In this document: positions 27,621 through 37,114 of the stretch, one piece after another
Position numbering within the stretch: position 1 is the stretch's first letter
Layout: every line of letters begins with the position of its first letter
From: an uncultured Azospirillum sp.
GTDB taxonomy: Bacteria > Pseudomonadota > Alphaproteobacteria > RF32 > CAG-239
Reading direction: 5' to 3'
Length of the DNA: 64,000 nucleotides
NCBI GenBank assembly: GCA_947301965.1
Contig: CAMYUM010000003.1
Span: 30,127 to 94,126, forward strand
Program-made: the position numbers and the translations under genes
The notes under the pieces: generated by a model
Seen by the model: only the letters and a program-made list of their open reading frames with translations
Databases searched by the model: none
Told to the model about the DNA's origin: nothing

Positions 27621-27644
27621 TTCTAACAACTAAACTATGCGAGT

Positions 27645-28889
27645 TTAGAAGTTATATTGGAACTGAACGCCAACCATGTTACTGTAGTTGTCATGTCTGG
27701 CTTTGATGTTGCTAACTTCTCCAAGAGGAGTATAGCTTGTTTCATCAGTTCTGCCCTTGCTCATGAACAAGTGGGCATAACCGACGTCAACCTGCCAGTT
27801 CTTTGCCTGATAGCTGACACCGAGTGTGGTCCACAAACGGTTGGAATCAGGAATACGGGCCGTGCGGTGGAATTTATCACGAATCGGTGTCGGGTCGTAA
27901 GAAATACCGGCACGGAACGTCCACTCAGGAGAGTAGTAATAATCTACACCCAAAGAATAAGTCCAAGTGTTTTTCCATTTTTCCGGAACGGCTGCAGTGA
28001 TACCAGTGGTCGGAGAACGCATTACAAAGTCATCAAAGATGTCCCATTTGGTCCAACGAACGGCACCAGAAAGACCAAATTTGTCATTGAGTTTGTGATA
28101 CCCAGAAATTAATAACTGGCTCGGTAAGGTCATTTTTGAAACGCCGGGATATGTGCCATCCTTAGCTGTGCCGGTGCGTTTGATTGTATGGTCTCCGGTA
28201 ACTTTTTGAGCAGTATTCAGGCGGTAAGAAACACCGAAACGAGTGTCTTTGACCGGTTCATACATAATACCAAAGTTGTAGGCAAATTCCCAACCGTCCA
28301 AGTCAAATTCGTTACGAGAGTTCGGCATAAGTGGGTGAGCAGTATTTATAATATCGCCGTGAACATAACGATAGATTAAGCTTGCGCCTAAAGTAACCTG
28401 ATCAGTTACCTTATAAGCTCCGCCGAAAGCTACGTCAACAACATCCAATTCAGTACTGATACCATGATGAGCCCCGAACCATTCTTTGTTGTAAATAGAA
28501 GCCAAGCCGAACGGAGTATAAACACCACCACCAATTACAGCCTTATCATTGATTTTGTATTGTGCGAATCCCGACGGTAAGAACTTATAAAAATTCATTT
28601 TTCCGTAAGGTTTGTCAGCGACGGGGGTGCCGTTGTAATAGGTTGTTCCATCAACAAAAGAGTGCATTTGAACGGTTGATAAACCTAATTGTCCGCCGGT
28701 GCCTTTCAAGATCATACCGGCAGGGTTGAATGAAATAGCAGAATAGTCATCACCGACCACGCCGATGCCGGCAAAAGCGCGGCCAAGACCTGTGGCAGAG
28801 TATTCGTTGAGTTGATAGCCTGATGCATTGGCATTATTAGCGGCAACCAAGCTCAAGCCCAGCAATAAAAACTTAGTGTAGTTCTTCAT
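27645..28889 (-). CDS. fadL: outer-membrane long-chain fatty acid / hydrophobic compound transporter, FadL/TodX/OmpP1 family
   Basis: signal peptide then SGYQLNEYSATGLGRAFAG N-terminal motif; C-terminal aromatic residue (F). Confidence 0.8.
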   Translation of the reverse strand: MKNYTKFLLLGLSLVAANNANASGYQLNEYSATGLGRAFAGIGVVGDDYSAISFNPAGMILKGTGGQLGLSTVQMHSFVDGTTYYNGTPVADKPYGKMNFYKFLPSGFAQYKINDKAVIGGGVYTPFGLASIYNKEWFGAHHGISTELDVVDVAFGGAYKVTDQVTLGASLIYRYVHGDIINTAHPLMPNSRNEFDLDGWEFAYNFGIMYEPVKDTRFGVSYRLNTAQKVTGDHTIKRTGTAKDGTYPGVSKMTLPSQLLISGYHKLNDKFGLSGAVRWTKWDIFDDFVMRSPTTGITAAVPEKWKNTWTYSLGVDYYYSPEWTFRAGISYDPTPIRDKFHRTARIPDSNRLWTTLGVSYQAKNWQVDVGYAHLFMSKGRTDETSYTPLGEVSNIKARHDNYSNMVGVQFQYNF

Positions 28890-29019
28890 GAAATTAGTCC
28901 TAGTTGTTAACGAAATAAATTTGTTGCTAATACTAAACAGTTGTGTTATTTAGTAAAGTAGGCACCGTGAGGGATAATAGGTTCCATTCGGAAACTATTG
29001 TATATTTTCTGCGACTGAG

Positions 29020-29418
29020 GTGGGATTAGAATTGTTGAAAAAGACTGACAAGAATCTGACGGAAATTGTGTTTGATGTAATCGGCGATCGCTGGAAAGTC
29101 AAAATTGTTGAGAGTTTGTTGCAAGGTACGCAACGTTTTGGCGAACTCAAAAAATCGGTCGGAAACATTACACAAAAAGTTCTGACTTCCAATTTGCGTA
29201 AATTGGAGGAACACGGTGTGCTTATTCGCAAAGTTTATGCGCAAATTCCGCCGAAAGTTGAGTATCGTTTGACCGCCCTCGGCAAAAAGCTGAAACCCAT
29301 GATTGATTCAATGATTGATTGGGGAATGGAATATACCTCAAAAATGGGCGGTATTTCGAGAAAATGGTTTGCGCAGGATAATAACGAAGATAAAAAAGAC
29401 GAATCCGAAAAATCTTGA
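29020..29418 (+). CDS. HxlR-family winged-helix transcriptional regulator
   Basis: IVFDVIGDRWKVKIVESLLQGTQRFGELKKSV...VEYRLT matches the HxlR family (PF01638) signature; GTG start uncertain. Confidence 0.65.
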   Translation: MGLELLKKTDKNLTEIVFDVIGDRWKVKIVESLLQGTQRFGELKKSVGNITQKVLTSNLRKLEEHGVLIRKVYAQIPPKVEYRLTALGKKLKPMIDSMIDWGMEYTSKMGGISRKWFAQDNNEDKKDESEKS

Positions 29419-29500
29419 TATATTTAACTTGCTTTTAACCTCATTTTAATGAATAATGTATAGTATGTAGTCTAAATACTTTTAGACGGGGATTCGCGCT

Positions 29501-32413
29501 ATGAGACTAAAACTTACAGGTTGTTTTTTAGCTGCAACATTGGCGGTTAGTTATAATGCTTTCGCTCAATACGGAGGGATTGCAAGTAACCTGTATGAGA
29601 ACGCAAGACGCGGCAATTACGGCGCGATTCAACGTGTTATCGACAGCGGATACTCAATTGATACCACAGATGTCAACGGCAATACGGCTTTGTGCATGGC
29701 TTTGATGCACAGAGATTCTTATGCGTACAGTTTTTTGAGAAAATTCGGGGCTGATTCGCAACATGTTTGCACGAGGTATTTGCAAGGTAATACATATGCG
29801 AGCAGGTATTCGGGACCGGGTTTTGAGTGGAAACCGGCTTACACCGTGGGTGCAGTAGCATTGTTGGGTGGAGCTGGTGTTGCTGCGGCACTTGCCGGCG
29901 GCGGAGGAGGAGGTTCTCATCATTCTTCCGGCGGCGGTTCGGGCGGCGGCGGTGATGACCCCGGCGGCGGCGGTTCCGGTGGCGGTGATGACCCCGGAGG
30001 CGATGAACCAGGTGGCGGTGATGATCCGAGCGGCGGCGGTTCCGGCGGTGAGAGCGGAATTATTTCAGATAAAGAAATTGTTACCCCGTTGAACTCAAGC
30101 TTTTTTGAAACCGACGAATACAAAAAAGGCAATTTTTTAAGCAAAATTAATGCCTCAAAAGCTTATGCGCGTTTTTACGGTTTGGATGAAGACGGGAATA
30201 TGGCAACCCAACTTAATCGTGTGATGGTCGGAGTGATTGATACCGGTATTTATGCGGATAATGCCGATTTTGCAACCACAATTACGAGCGGCTTTAACTC
30301 TGACTATGGTCCGTGTTTGAACGGTGATAATAAGAACTGCTGGAAATATTCGGGCGGAAAAGTTTATTTTTCGGAAGACAGCAACCAGTATTATACAATG
30401 TCGCAGGCCGATTATAATACATGGGTAGCGGAATATAGCAGCAATTATAATTGGGATAATAATAAAGATAATTTCTTCCCGGAAAGAGGAACCAGCAATA
30501 TGCATGGAACTCACGTTGCCGGTATTATCGGAGCCGATAAAAACGGTTCGGGTATGCACGGAGTTGCTTTTTCAAACGCGGTACTCTTGGGCGGAAGATG
30601 GGATTTTATGTCACGTCCGGGAGATGTTATATCTAAAATGGTTGATGAAGGCGCCCAAGTCATTAATATGAGTTTCGGGCTTGATGCCAGAGTATATCCG
30701 GCCACAGATTTGAATGATGATTATTACAGTCAATACAGAACCAGCACAAATAATTATATTGTATCGGGGGTTTTAAAAGCAGCAAATAATAATGTGGTTA
30801 TGGTTATGTCGGCAGGAAACGAATCGCAGACACAACCGGGGCTGTATAACGGTATGCCCAATCTAACGGCGTTAAACGGGGCTTTGAACAATTTGTTTGT
30901 TACGGTAGTGGCGACGGGATCAGACGGATCAATTGCAAATTATTCCAATGCGTGCGGTGTTGCCAAAAACTACTGTATTGCCGCACCGGGTGGAGATTCT
31001 TCGAGCAAAATTTGGTCAACCGGTACTTATGATGTGACAATGTACGGTTCGTACGGAACATCAATGGCGGCACCGGTGGTTTCAGGCAGTATTGCATTGC
31101 TGATGGGGGCATATCCTTATTTGACACCGCAACAGATTGTGTCGTTAATTTTTGAAAGTGCCAATAAGAGCGGTATATATGCTAATAAGGACCTTTATGG
31201 TAATGGTATGTTGGATTTAGCTGCGGCAACGAATCCACAGGGATATTTGGGTACGATTTCATCAACAGATGCAGATTCAAGTGTGGTTAACATAAATTCA
31301 AGCAGAGTTGTTGTTCCGTCAGTATTTAAGGAAGCCCTGCAGAATAATATGCCAAAAACTATGGCGGTGTTTGATAAATATAAACGCCCGTTTAATATCA
31401 AATTTGATTCAATGGTTCAAACAACCCACAGCGGGCATAAGAACTTTAAGAACGATTTGTATAATTTCTCTCGTCATCAGCCGAAAAAGACGGTCAGCGA
31501 TGACAGTTTTGCTTTTGCTTATGCGCCTTCTTCGTATAGCAATAATGACGGAGGCATAGGTATTGCAGATGTTTCGTACAAAGATGATAATGCCGAGACA
31601 TCATTCTTCTTTGCCGAAAACAGTTTATACAGCTCCGGCGATTATAATGATAAAGCTATGTATAATCCTTATTTGGCAATGAACGATGCTTATGGTGTTG
31701 CTCATAAAATGTATTGGGATGATAATCTCAGCTTTAAGATGAGCTTTATGACCGGTGAAAACGGGTTGTATGACGGCGATCGTAATTATCATGATTATAA
31801 CTTTGATAATCGCTCCTATGCGTTTAATACAGAGGTTTCGTACCAAGTTACACCTAAGTTTAATGTAACGGCAATGACCGGTATGTTGGCTGAAGATGAT
31901 GCTTTGCTTGGTATGAACGGACGCGGTGCGTTATCAATCGGTGACAGTAATACTTATTATGCCGGGCTGATGTTGGAATGGCAGCCGTTTGAAAATTGGA
32001 GTTTCGGCGGAGCTTATTATCATGGTTGGACCGATGCATCAAAAGTTTATGGCAGTATGATTAGCACATCGCAACTGATGAGCGACAGTTTTGCTTTGGA
32101 CGGACACTATAATATTAATAAGACCGATGTTGTCGGTTTGCAAATATCTTCTCCGTTGAGGATTTATAACGGTCATGCGGATTTTGATATTGCAACCGGG
32201 CGTGATAATTATTCTAATGAAGTTTATCGTGAAAAAATCAGGGCTAACCTGAAACCGTCTTCAAGAGAATATAAGTTTGCGCTGTATCATAACCGTGAAA
32301 TAACCGACAGCGTGTTGTTCAAGAGTGAATTTGCAGTTCGCTTGCACCCAGAACATCAAAAAGATGCCGAAACCGATTATCGAGCAATGTTCGGTTTGTC
32401 GTGGGCATTCTGA
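29501..32413 (+). CDS. subtilisin-like (S8) serine protease autotransporter with N-terminal ANK-like repeat and Gly/Asp/Pro-rich linker
   Basis: signal peptide; catalytic triad motifs VGVIDTG (D), HGTHVAGII (H), GTSMAAPVVSG (S); C-terminal ~300-aa beta-barrel ending FGLSWAF. Confidence 0.85.
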   Translation: MRLKLTGCFLAATLAVSYNAFAQYGGIASNLYENARRGNYGAIQRVIDSGYSIDTTDVNGNTALCMALMHRDSYAYSFLRKFGADSQHVCTRYLQGNTYASRYSGPGFEWKPAYTVGAVALLGGAGVAAALAGGGGGGSHHSSGGGSGGGGDDPGGGGSGGGDDPGGDEPGGGDDPSGGGSGGESGIISDKEIVTPLNSSFFETDEYKKGNFLSKINASKAYARFYGLDEDGNMATQLNRVMVGVIDTGIYADNADFATTITSGFNSDYGPCLNGDNKNCWKYSGGKVYFSEDSNQYYTMSQADYNTWVAEYSSNYNWDNNKDNFFPERGTSNMHGTHVAGIIGADKNGSGMHGVAFSNAVLLGGRWDFMSRPGDVISKMVDEGAQVINMSFGLDARVYPATDLNDDYYSQYRTSTNNYIVSGVLKAANNNVVMVMSAGNESQTQPGLYNGMPNLTALNGALNNLFVTVVATGSDGSIANYSNACGVAKNYCIAAPGGDSSSKIWSTGTYDVTMYGSYGTSMAAPVVSGSIALLMGAYPYLTPQQIVSLIFESANKSGIYANKDLYGNGMLDLAAATNPQGYLGTISSTDADSSVVNINSSRVVVPSVFKEALQNNMPKTMAVFDKYKRPFNIKFDSMVQTTHSGHKNFKNDLYNFSRHQPKKTVSDDSFAFAYAPSSYSNNDGGIGIADVSYKDDNAETSFFFAENSLYSSGDYNDKAMYNPYLAMNDAYGVAHKMYWDDNLSFKMSFMTGENGLYDGDRNYHDYNFDNRSYAFNTEVSYQVTPKFNVTAMTGMLAEDDALLGMNGRGALSIGDSNTYYAGLMLEWQPFENWSFGGAYYHGWTDASKVYGSMISTSQLMSDSFALDGHYNINKTDVVGLQISSPLRIYNGHADFDIATGRDNYSNEVYREKIRANLKPSSREYKFALYHNREITDSVLFKSEFAVRLHPEHQKDAETDYRAMFGLSWAF
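29880..30060 (+). repeat. simple-sequence region (GGCGGCGGTGATGACCCCGG-type units) encoding GGGSGGGGDDPGGGG linker
   Basis: three tandem copies of an imperfect ~30-nt unit (ggcggcggtgatgaccccgg-like, read directly from sequence). Confidence 0.7.
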
Positions 32414-32425
32414 TAGGATTGCTTA

Positions 32426-32458
32426 AAACAAAAGGCCTCGTTACGAGGCCTTTTTTAT
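32426..32458. terminator. bidirectional terminator (AGGCCTCG-ttac-GAGGCCT + T6)
   Basis: perfect stem; overlaps the stop of the minus-strand gltD-like gene. Confidence 0.7.
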
Positions 32459-33640
32459 ATATTTGTTGATAATGGTTTGCGCGGCCGATTTGCCGGAGGC
32501 AAGAGCTTCTACCAAAGTAGAACCGCCGGTTTTGCAATCACCGGCATAAATGATTTTTTCGGTATCATCAAAATGAGGAGAAGAACTTCCGATTGCTTTA
32601 ATTACAAGATCAAAGCCGGGGCGGGCAATGGTGGTGCCGGGAATTTCTTCAAGTTTGACATTAACAAAACGATTTTTGCAAGTGTATAAGGTTAGAAAGT
32701 TATCCTGCTTGGTGATTTTTTTGATTTTGGTCATGGTGGTCAAATCAATACCATTATCAAGCAGATTTTGGCGTTCTTCGCCGGTAACCCGCATATCGGA
32801 AACCCTACGGCGGACAAACATTTCAATATATGAAGCGCCGTTTTCTTTAGCCGTAAGCGCACAGTCAACGGCGACAGCGCCGCCGCCGATTACGGCAACA
32901 TTGCCGGAAGATATGTATTTTTGCGGAGTGCGGAGATAGTCAATGTATGATACTGCAAAATCTTCACCTTCTACTCCAAGATTAATGGCGTTCGGTTCTC
33001 CGAAAGCAACAATTATGTTCTCAAAGCCTTGCTGCAAAAGTGCATTAATATCGGTGACGGGGGTGTTGAACCTGACTTCAAGCGCCGGATTTTGTCTGAT
33101 AAATTCCCATTCTTTATTGATTACTTCAGAGGGAAGACGATTGGCGGGGATTAAGTTAAGAGCACCGCCGACACGGTCGGTACTTTCAAATAAAGTAATG
33201 CTGAATCCATTTTTGAGAAGCTGTGCGCAGGCGGCAATTCCGGCAGGACCGGCACCGATTATGGCAATCCGGTGTCCATTTGACGGTTGTTGTGATAAGG
33301 CTTGCGGCTGATTATGGTGGTCGTGCATAATGGAGGCCTGAACCTTGGGAATATTAATCGGAAAGTCAATACGGGAACGGGTGCAGGCTTTCATGCAGAA
33401 TTTGTCGGGGCATATCAAGCCGCAGGTTTGCCCCATGGGGTTGACGGAAGTTATTGAGTGAACCGCACCCTCAAAGTTGCCGGCTTTGGCAAGGCTGATA
33501 AACTCTTGCGGATTGCAGCCGACAGGGCAGGCATCCATGCAAGGGTGGTTTTTGCAATTGAGGCAGCGGCTGATTTCGGCTTCAAATTGAGAACGGTTAA
33601 GGTAAAGCGGTTTAGTCATAGCATTTCCATTTATTAACAC
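32441..33640 (-). CDS. GltD-family NAD(P)H-dependent FAD/Fe-S oxidoreductase (glutamate synthase small-subunit-like / PreT-like), stand-alone
   Basis: N-terminal Cys cluster (CLNCKNHPCMDACPVGC), then IAIIGAGPAGIA and VAVIGGGAVAVD dinucleotide-binding motifs; start 33640 or 33619. Confidence 0.7.
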   Translation of the reverse strand: MLINGNAMTKPLYLNRSQFEAEISRCLNCKNHPCMDACPVGCNPQEFISLAKAGNFEGAVHSITSVNPMGQTCGLICPDKFCMKACTRSRIDFPINIPKVQASIMHDHHNQPQALSQQPSNGHRIAIIGAGPAGIAACAQLLKNGFSITLFESTDRVGGALNLIPANRLPSEVINKEWEFIRQNPALEVRFNTPVTDINALLQQGFENIIVAFGEPNAINLGVEGEDFAVSYIDYLRTPQKYISSGNVAVIGGGAVAVDCALTAKENGASYIEMFVRRRVSDMRVTGEERQNLLDNGIDLTTMTKIKKITKQDNFLTLYTCKNRFVNVKLEEIPGTTIARPGFDLVIKAIGSSSPHFDDTEKIIYAGDCKTGGSTLVEALASGKSAAQTIINKYIKKAS

Positions 33641-33702
33641 AGCCTATAGTTTACGCCATTAATGGGAGCAAGAGTCAAGAGTTTTTGCCAAATGTTGAGC
33701 AT

Positions 33703-33733
33703 AAAAAAACCTCCTTGAAGAAGGAGGTTTTTT
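33703..33733. terminator. bidirectional terminator (CCTCCTT-gaag-AAGGAGG + T6)
   Basis: A7 / 7-bp stem / T6, downstream of the OMP gene stop. Confidence 0.7.
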
Positions 33734-33751
33734 GTAAAACCAATTGATGGT

Positions 33752-34381
33752 TTAGAATACGTAACGCAGACCACCGTAAATTTCGTGATCGTGGATTTGA
33801 CCGTCGCCAAGTTTGCCGAAGTCAAAGTAACGATAGCCGACATCAAGATTCAAACGGTTGGTCATCTTAGCAGAAAGACCGGCACCGACTGACCAAGTGA
33901 AGCGATCTTTCTTGTAGCTGTCTGATGCACCGTCAGAGTTGTCATATGTAAATGTATATTCAAGTTCGGTCCAACCGATACCGGCACTCAAATAAGGAGT
34001 GAACCATGAGTATGGAGCCAAATCCCAGTATACGTTGAACATATAGGATGTGTAGTCAAATTCGCCTTTACTTTTGCTGATAATGTCTTCACGTCCTTCA
34101 ATAGGGATTATGATTGTTTTTTCATCTTCGTTGGTATTACGCCAAATGTATTCAACTTCAGCGCGGAAATATTCGTAACGGTAACCAAGAGCACCGCTGA
34201 CCATAAGATCCGTACCGCCGATATCAAAACGGTTGTCGCCTTTATGTGTGTCGTCGATGGTCGGACTAGAGCCACCACCACGAACAGCAAGATAAATTCC
34301 GTCGCACTCTGCGCGAGCTGATCCGGCTACTGCTAAGCCTAATACTACGGCGGATATCCCGATCATCATTTTATTTAACAT
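33752..34381 (-). CDS. small outer-membrane beta-barrel protein (OmpA-like TM / OmpW/opacity-porin family)
   Basis: ORF trimmed to MLNKMMIGISAVVLGLAVAGSARA signal peptide; alternating amphipathic strands; C-terminal ...GGLRYVF. Confidence 0.65.
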   Translation of the reverse strand: MLNKMMIGISAVVLGLAVAGSARAECDGIYLAVRGGGSSPTIDDTHKGDNRFDIGGTDLMVSGALGYRYEYFRAEVEYIWRNTNEDEKTIIIPIEGREDIISKSKGEFDYTSYMFNVYWDLAPYSWFTPYLSAGIGWTELEYTFTYDNSDGASDSYKKDRFTWSVGAGLSAKMTNRLNLDVGYRYFDFGKLGDGQIHDHEIYGGLRYVF

Positions 34382-34531
34382 ATATAGAATTCCCTTTAAT
34401 GTGTTGGACAAAATTTTGTAGCAATTTCGAAAATACAATAATTTTTGTATAAAATCAAGTTTTTTTATCAATTTTCTTTAGATTAAACAAAAATGTTGAA
34501 AAAAAAGTTAATATTATGATATTTGTTATTT

Positions 34532-35050
34532 ATGAATTACAAAAAGCAAATATATGAAGAAAGAACCAGAGGAGTGAGTTCTTTGGCAATGGCGGCGTTA
34601 CCGCTGTTGAGAAAAATTATGCGCAAAAAAGGGATGGTGACGGCCGACATCGTGACAATGTGGGAGCAGATTGTCGGAGAAGATATGGCGCAATATACTT
34701 TTCCGGAAAAATTGGAGTTTGCTCGCGGAGAACAAAACCAGGGAACGCTGTGGTTAAAAGTTCCGGGAGGTGCGTTTGCGTTGGAATTGCAGCATCGAGA
34801 AAAATTCGTAATAGAAAAAGTCAATACGTTTTTCGGTTATAACGCAGTTGCAAACCTAAAAATTATACAAGATGCGGAATTTGTTAAAAAGATGATAAAG
34901 AGAAGTAATCAACCGCAAACGCAAAAAAAGCTTGTAAGCAAAGAAGAAGAAATTTATATTGAAGAGGTAACAGGCAATATCACTAATGCCGGGTTGAAAG
35001 AAAGACTGCAAAAACTCGGTAAGGCGGTGTTTAATCAGAATCGTGAGTAA
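34532..35050 (+). CDS. DUF721-like protein (possible DciA-family)
   Basis: weak recall-based match of the central region (WEQIVGEDMAQYTFPEKLEF...TLWLKV...ALELQ) to DUF721; low certainty. Confidence 0.4.
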   Translation: MNYKKQIYEERTRGVSSLAMAALPLLRKIMRKKGMVTADIVTMWEQIVGEDMAQYTFPEKLEFARGEQNQGTLWLKVPGGAFALELQHREKFVIEKVNTFFGYNAVANLKIIQDAEFVKKMIKRSNQPQTQKKLVSKEEEIYIEEVTGNITNAGLKERLQKLGKAVFNQNRE

Positions 35051-35055
35051 AAAGG

Positions 35056-35769
35056 ATGTTTGAAAAAAGTATTAAGTTAGTAAGTCATATTTTGACGGTG
35101 TTTGTAATGTTCTTTTTGGCTGATGGATTTTATCTTGCTCAAAAGGGTTTTGTATGGAATAACGGCACGATTGAATTGGTAAAACCGGCACAGGCGGCAG
35201 AGCCGGTATCACAAAACATTGATACGAGATCATTTAAGATTGATGCTCAATACGTTTTGGGCAGACACGATGCGCCGGTTACAATTTATGAGTTTTCGTC
35301 TTTAGGCTGTAGTCACTGCGCCGATTTTCATTTGGGCGTGTTGCCAAAGATAAAGCAGGATTATATCGAATCGGGAAAAGTTAAATTGATTTTTGCTGAT
35401 TTTCCGATTGATAAAAAATCTATGCAGGCCGCAATGTTGGCGCATTGTATGGCGCAAGATAAATACTTTGACTTTTTGGGATTGCTGTTTAAAAAACAGC
35501 TGACTTGGGGCTTGTCATTCAAGACCGAAAAATTGTTGAGCGGATATGCCGGAGGTTTCGGACTTGATTCGGAAACAGCAAAAAAATGTATGAAAGATGA
35601 TAAAATGGCGGCAGAGATTATGTATGTCCGCCAACAGGCAATGGAAAGGTTGAATATTAAAGCTACACCGTCGTTTTTGGTGCGTTCGTCCGGCGGTGAC
35701 GATTTGATTACCGGCGCGCCAAGTTACTCAGAATTAAGCGAGGTTTTGAATAAAAAACTTCTGGATTAA
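35056..35769 (+). CDS. dsbA: DsbA-family thiol:disulfide oxidoreductase (CSHC active site)
   Basis: N-terminal TM/signal; YEFSSLGCSHCADFH thioredoxin-fold CxxC. Confidence 0.75.
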   Translation: MFEKSIKLVSHILTVFVMFFLADGFYLAQKGFVWNNGTIELVKPAQAAEPVSQNIDTRSFKIDAQYVLGRHDAPVTIYEFSSLGCSHCADFHLGVLPKIKQDYIESGKVKLIFADFPIDKKSMQAAMLAHCMAQDKYFDFLGLLFKKQLTWGLSFKTEKLLSGYAGGFGLDSETAKKCMKDDKMAAEIMYVRQQAMERLNIKATPSFLVRSSGGDDLITGAPSYSELSEVLNKKLLD

Positions 35770-35801
35770 TAAGTCAGTAACCTTTAAGGGAGTATAAAGT
35801 C

Positions 35802-36107
35802 TTGAGTAGCGAAGATATTCCTGAAAATCTGCAAGCGCTTGAAGCAAAAATATGCAAAATGCGCGGAGCCGGAAACAATAATAAAAACCTATCATCGTCG
35901 GAATATGTTACGGCAGCGGGGGTAGGTGTTCAGATTACTGCCGATTTGTTGGCAGGTGTTTTGGTGGGGGCCGGAGTCGGTTATTTGTTGGATTTGGTTT
36001 TTGGTTCACGACCGATTATGTTGACCGTCTTTTTGCTTTTTGGCGGAGCCGCGGGTTTTCTGAATGTTTATCGCATGGTAAAAAATGAAGAGAAAAAAGG
36101 AAAGTGA
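35802..36107 (+). CDS. atpI: ATP synthase protein I-like small membrane protein (atpI/atpR-type)
   Basis: ~100 aa, two TM helices, immediately upstream of atpB as in alphaproteobacterial atpIBEFF' operons; TTG start with AAGGGA RBS. Confidence 0.55.
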   Translation: MSSEDIPENLQALEAKICKMRGAGNNNKNLSSSEYVTAAGVGVQITADLLAGVLVGAGVGYLLDLVFGSRPIMLTVFLLFGGAAGFLNVYRMVKNEEKKGK

Positions 36108-36122
36108 CAAAGGAGTATATTA

Positions 36123-36845
36123 TTGTCAAATCCACTGGAACAATTTAATATCAAGACGATTATTCCTATTCATATCGGAAATTATGATATTTCATTTACA
36201 AATTCGTCATTGTTTATGCTGTTGGCGGTTGTAGCCTGTTCGGCTGTTTTTGGCTTGTGTCTGACAAAGAGGTCGATTGTTCCGGAAAAAGGTCAGGCTT
36301 TTGCGGAAATGATATACGGCTTTGTTCACGGGTTGGTGAAAAACAATGTCGGAGCTGAAGGCTTAAAGTATTTTGCTTTTATCTTTTCACTGTTTTTGTT
36401 TGTGGCTTTCGGTAATGTTTTGGGGCTGTTTCCGTATGCTTTTACGTTTACATCGCATGTGGCGGCGGTCGGTGCTTTGTCGGTACTGGCGTTGTTGTTT
36501 AATGTAGCGGTTGGTATAAAAAAGAAAAAATGGGGTTATATTCGTACTTTTATGCCCAAGGGAATTCCGTGGGTGTTGGCTCCGCTGGTGATGCCGATTG
36601 AGACAATTTCGTTATTATCAAAACCTTTTAGTTTGACCATTCGTTTGGTCGCTAATATGACGGTCGGGCATATTATGCTGAAGATAATTGCCGGATTTGT
36701 TGTAGCGTTGGGAGTTGCGGGCGTTGTTCCGTTGCTTTTTGATGCCGTTATTATTGTGTTTGAGTTGTTTATTGCGTTGTTGCAAGCTTTTATATATACG
36801 GTATTAAGCTGTATTTATTTGAGTGATGCAATACATGGTCATTAA
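36123..36845 (+). CDS. atpB: ATP synthase F0 subunit a
   Basis: 5-6 TM; conserved R in TM4 region (LSLTIRLVANM); TTG start with AAAGGAG RBS. Confidence 0.85.
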   Translation: MSNPLEQFNIKTIIPIHIGNYDISFTNSSLFMLLAVVACSAVFGLCLTKRSIVPEKGQAFAEMIYGFVHGLVKNNVGAEGLKYFAFIFSLFLFVAFGNVLGLFPYAFTFTSHVAAVGALSVLALLFNVAVGIKKKKWGYIRTFMPKGIPWVLAPLVMPIETISLLSKPFSLTIRLVANMTVGHIMLKIIAGFVVALGVAGVVPLLFDAVIIVFELFIALLQAFIYTVLSCIYLSDAIHGH

Positions 36846-36870
36846 ATTAATTTTTTTGAAAGGATAAAAA

Positions 36871-37098
36871 ATGGAACCTATGGCTTATATCAGTGCTGCT
36901 ATCTGCGCTGTAACCATGACTGTTGCCTCTTGGGGTGTTACTAAAATTTGGACAACAATTATTACTACCGTCGGACGCAATCCGCAGGTTAAGAAAGATG
37001 TTGATATTTACGGTTGGGCCGGATTTGCTGCGGTCGAAGCCATTGCATTATATGCTTTGGTTATTGCTTTGGTTATGCTTACCGGCGGAAGCAACTGA
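36871..37098 (+). CDS. atpE: ATP synthase F0 subunit c
   Basis: 75 aa hairpin; GRNP loop and conserved carboxylate in FAAVEAIALYALVIAL. Confidence 0.9.
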   Translation: MEPMAYISAAICAVTMTVASWGVTKIWTTIITTVGRNPQVKKDVDIYGWAGFAAVEAIALYALVIALVMLTGGSN

Positions 37099-37114
37099 CA
37101 AATAAGGCTTGGCG

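Noticed and set aside
29654-30144. Small ORFs on both strands in the Gly-codon repeat region of the subtilase gene
   Set aside because: GGC/GCC-rich simple repeat is open in several frames. The S8 frame is continuous through it.
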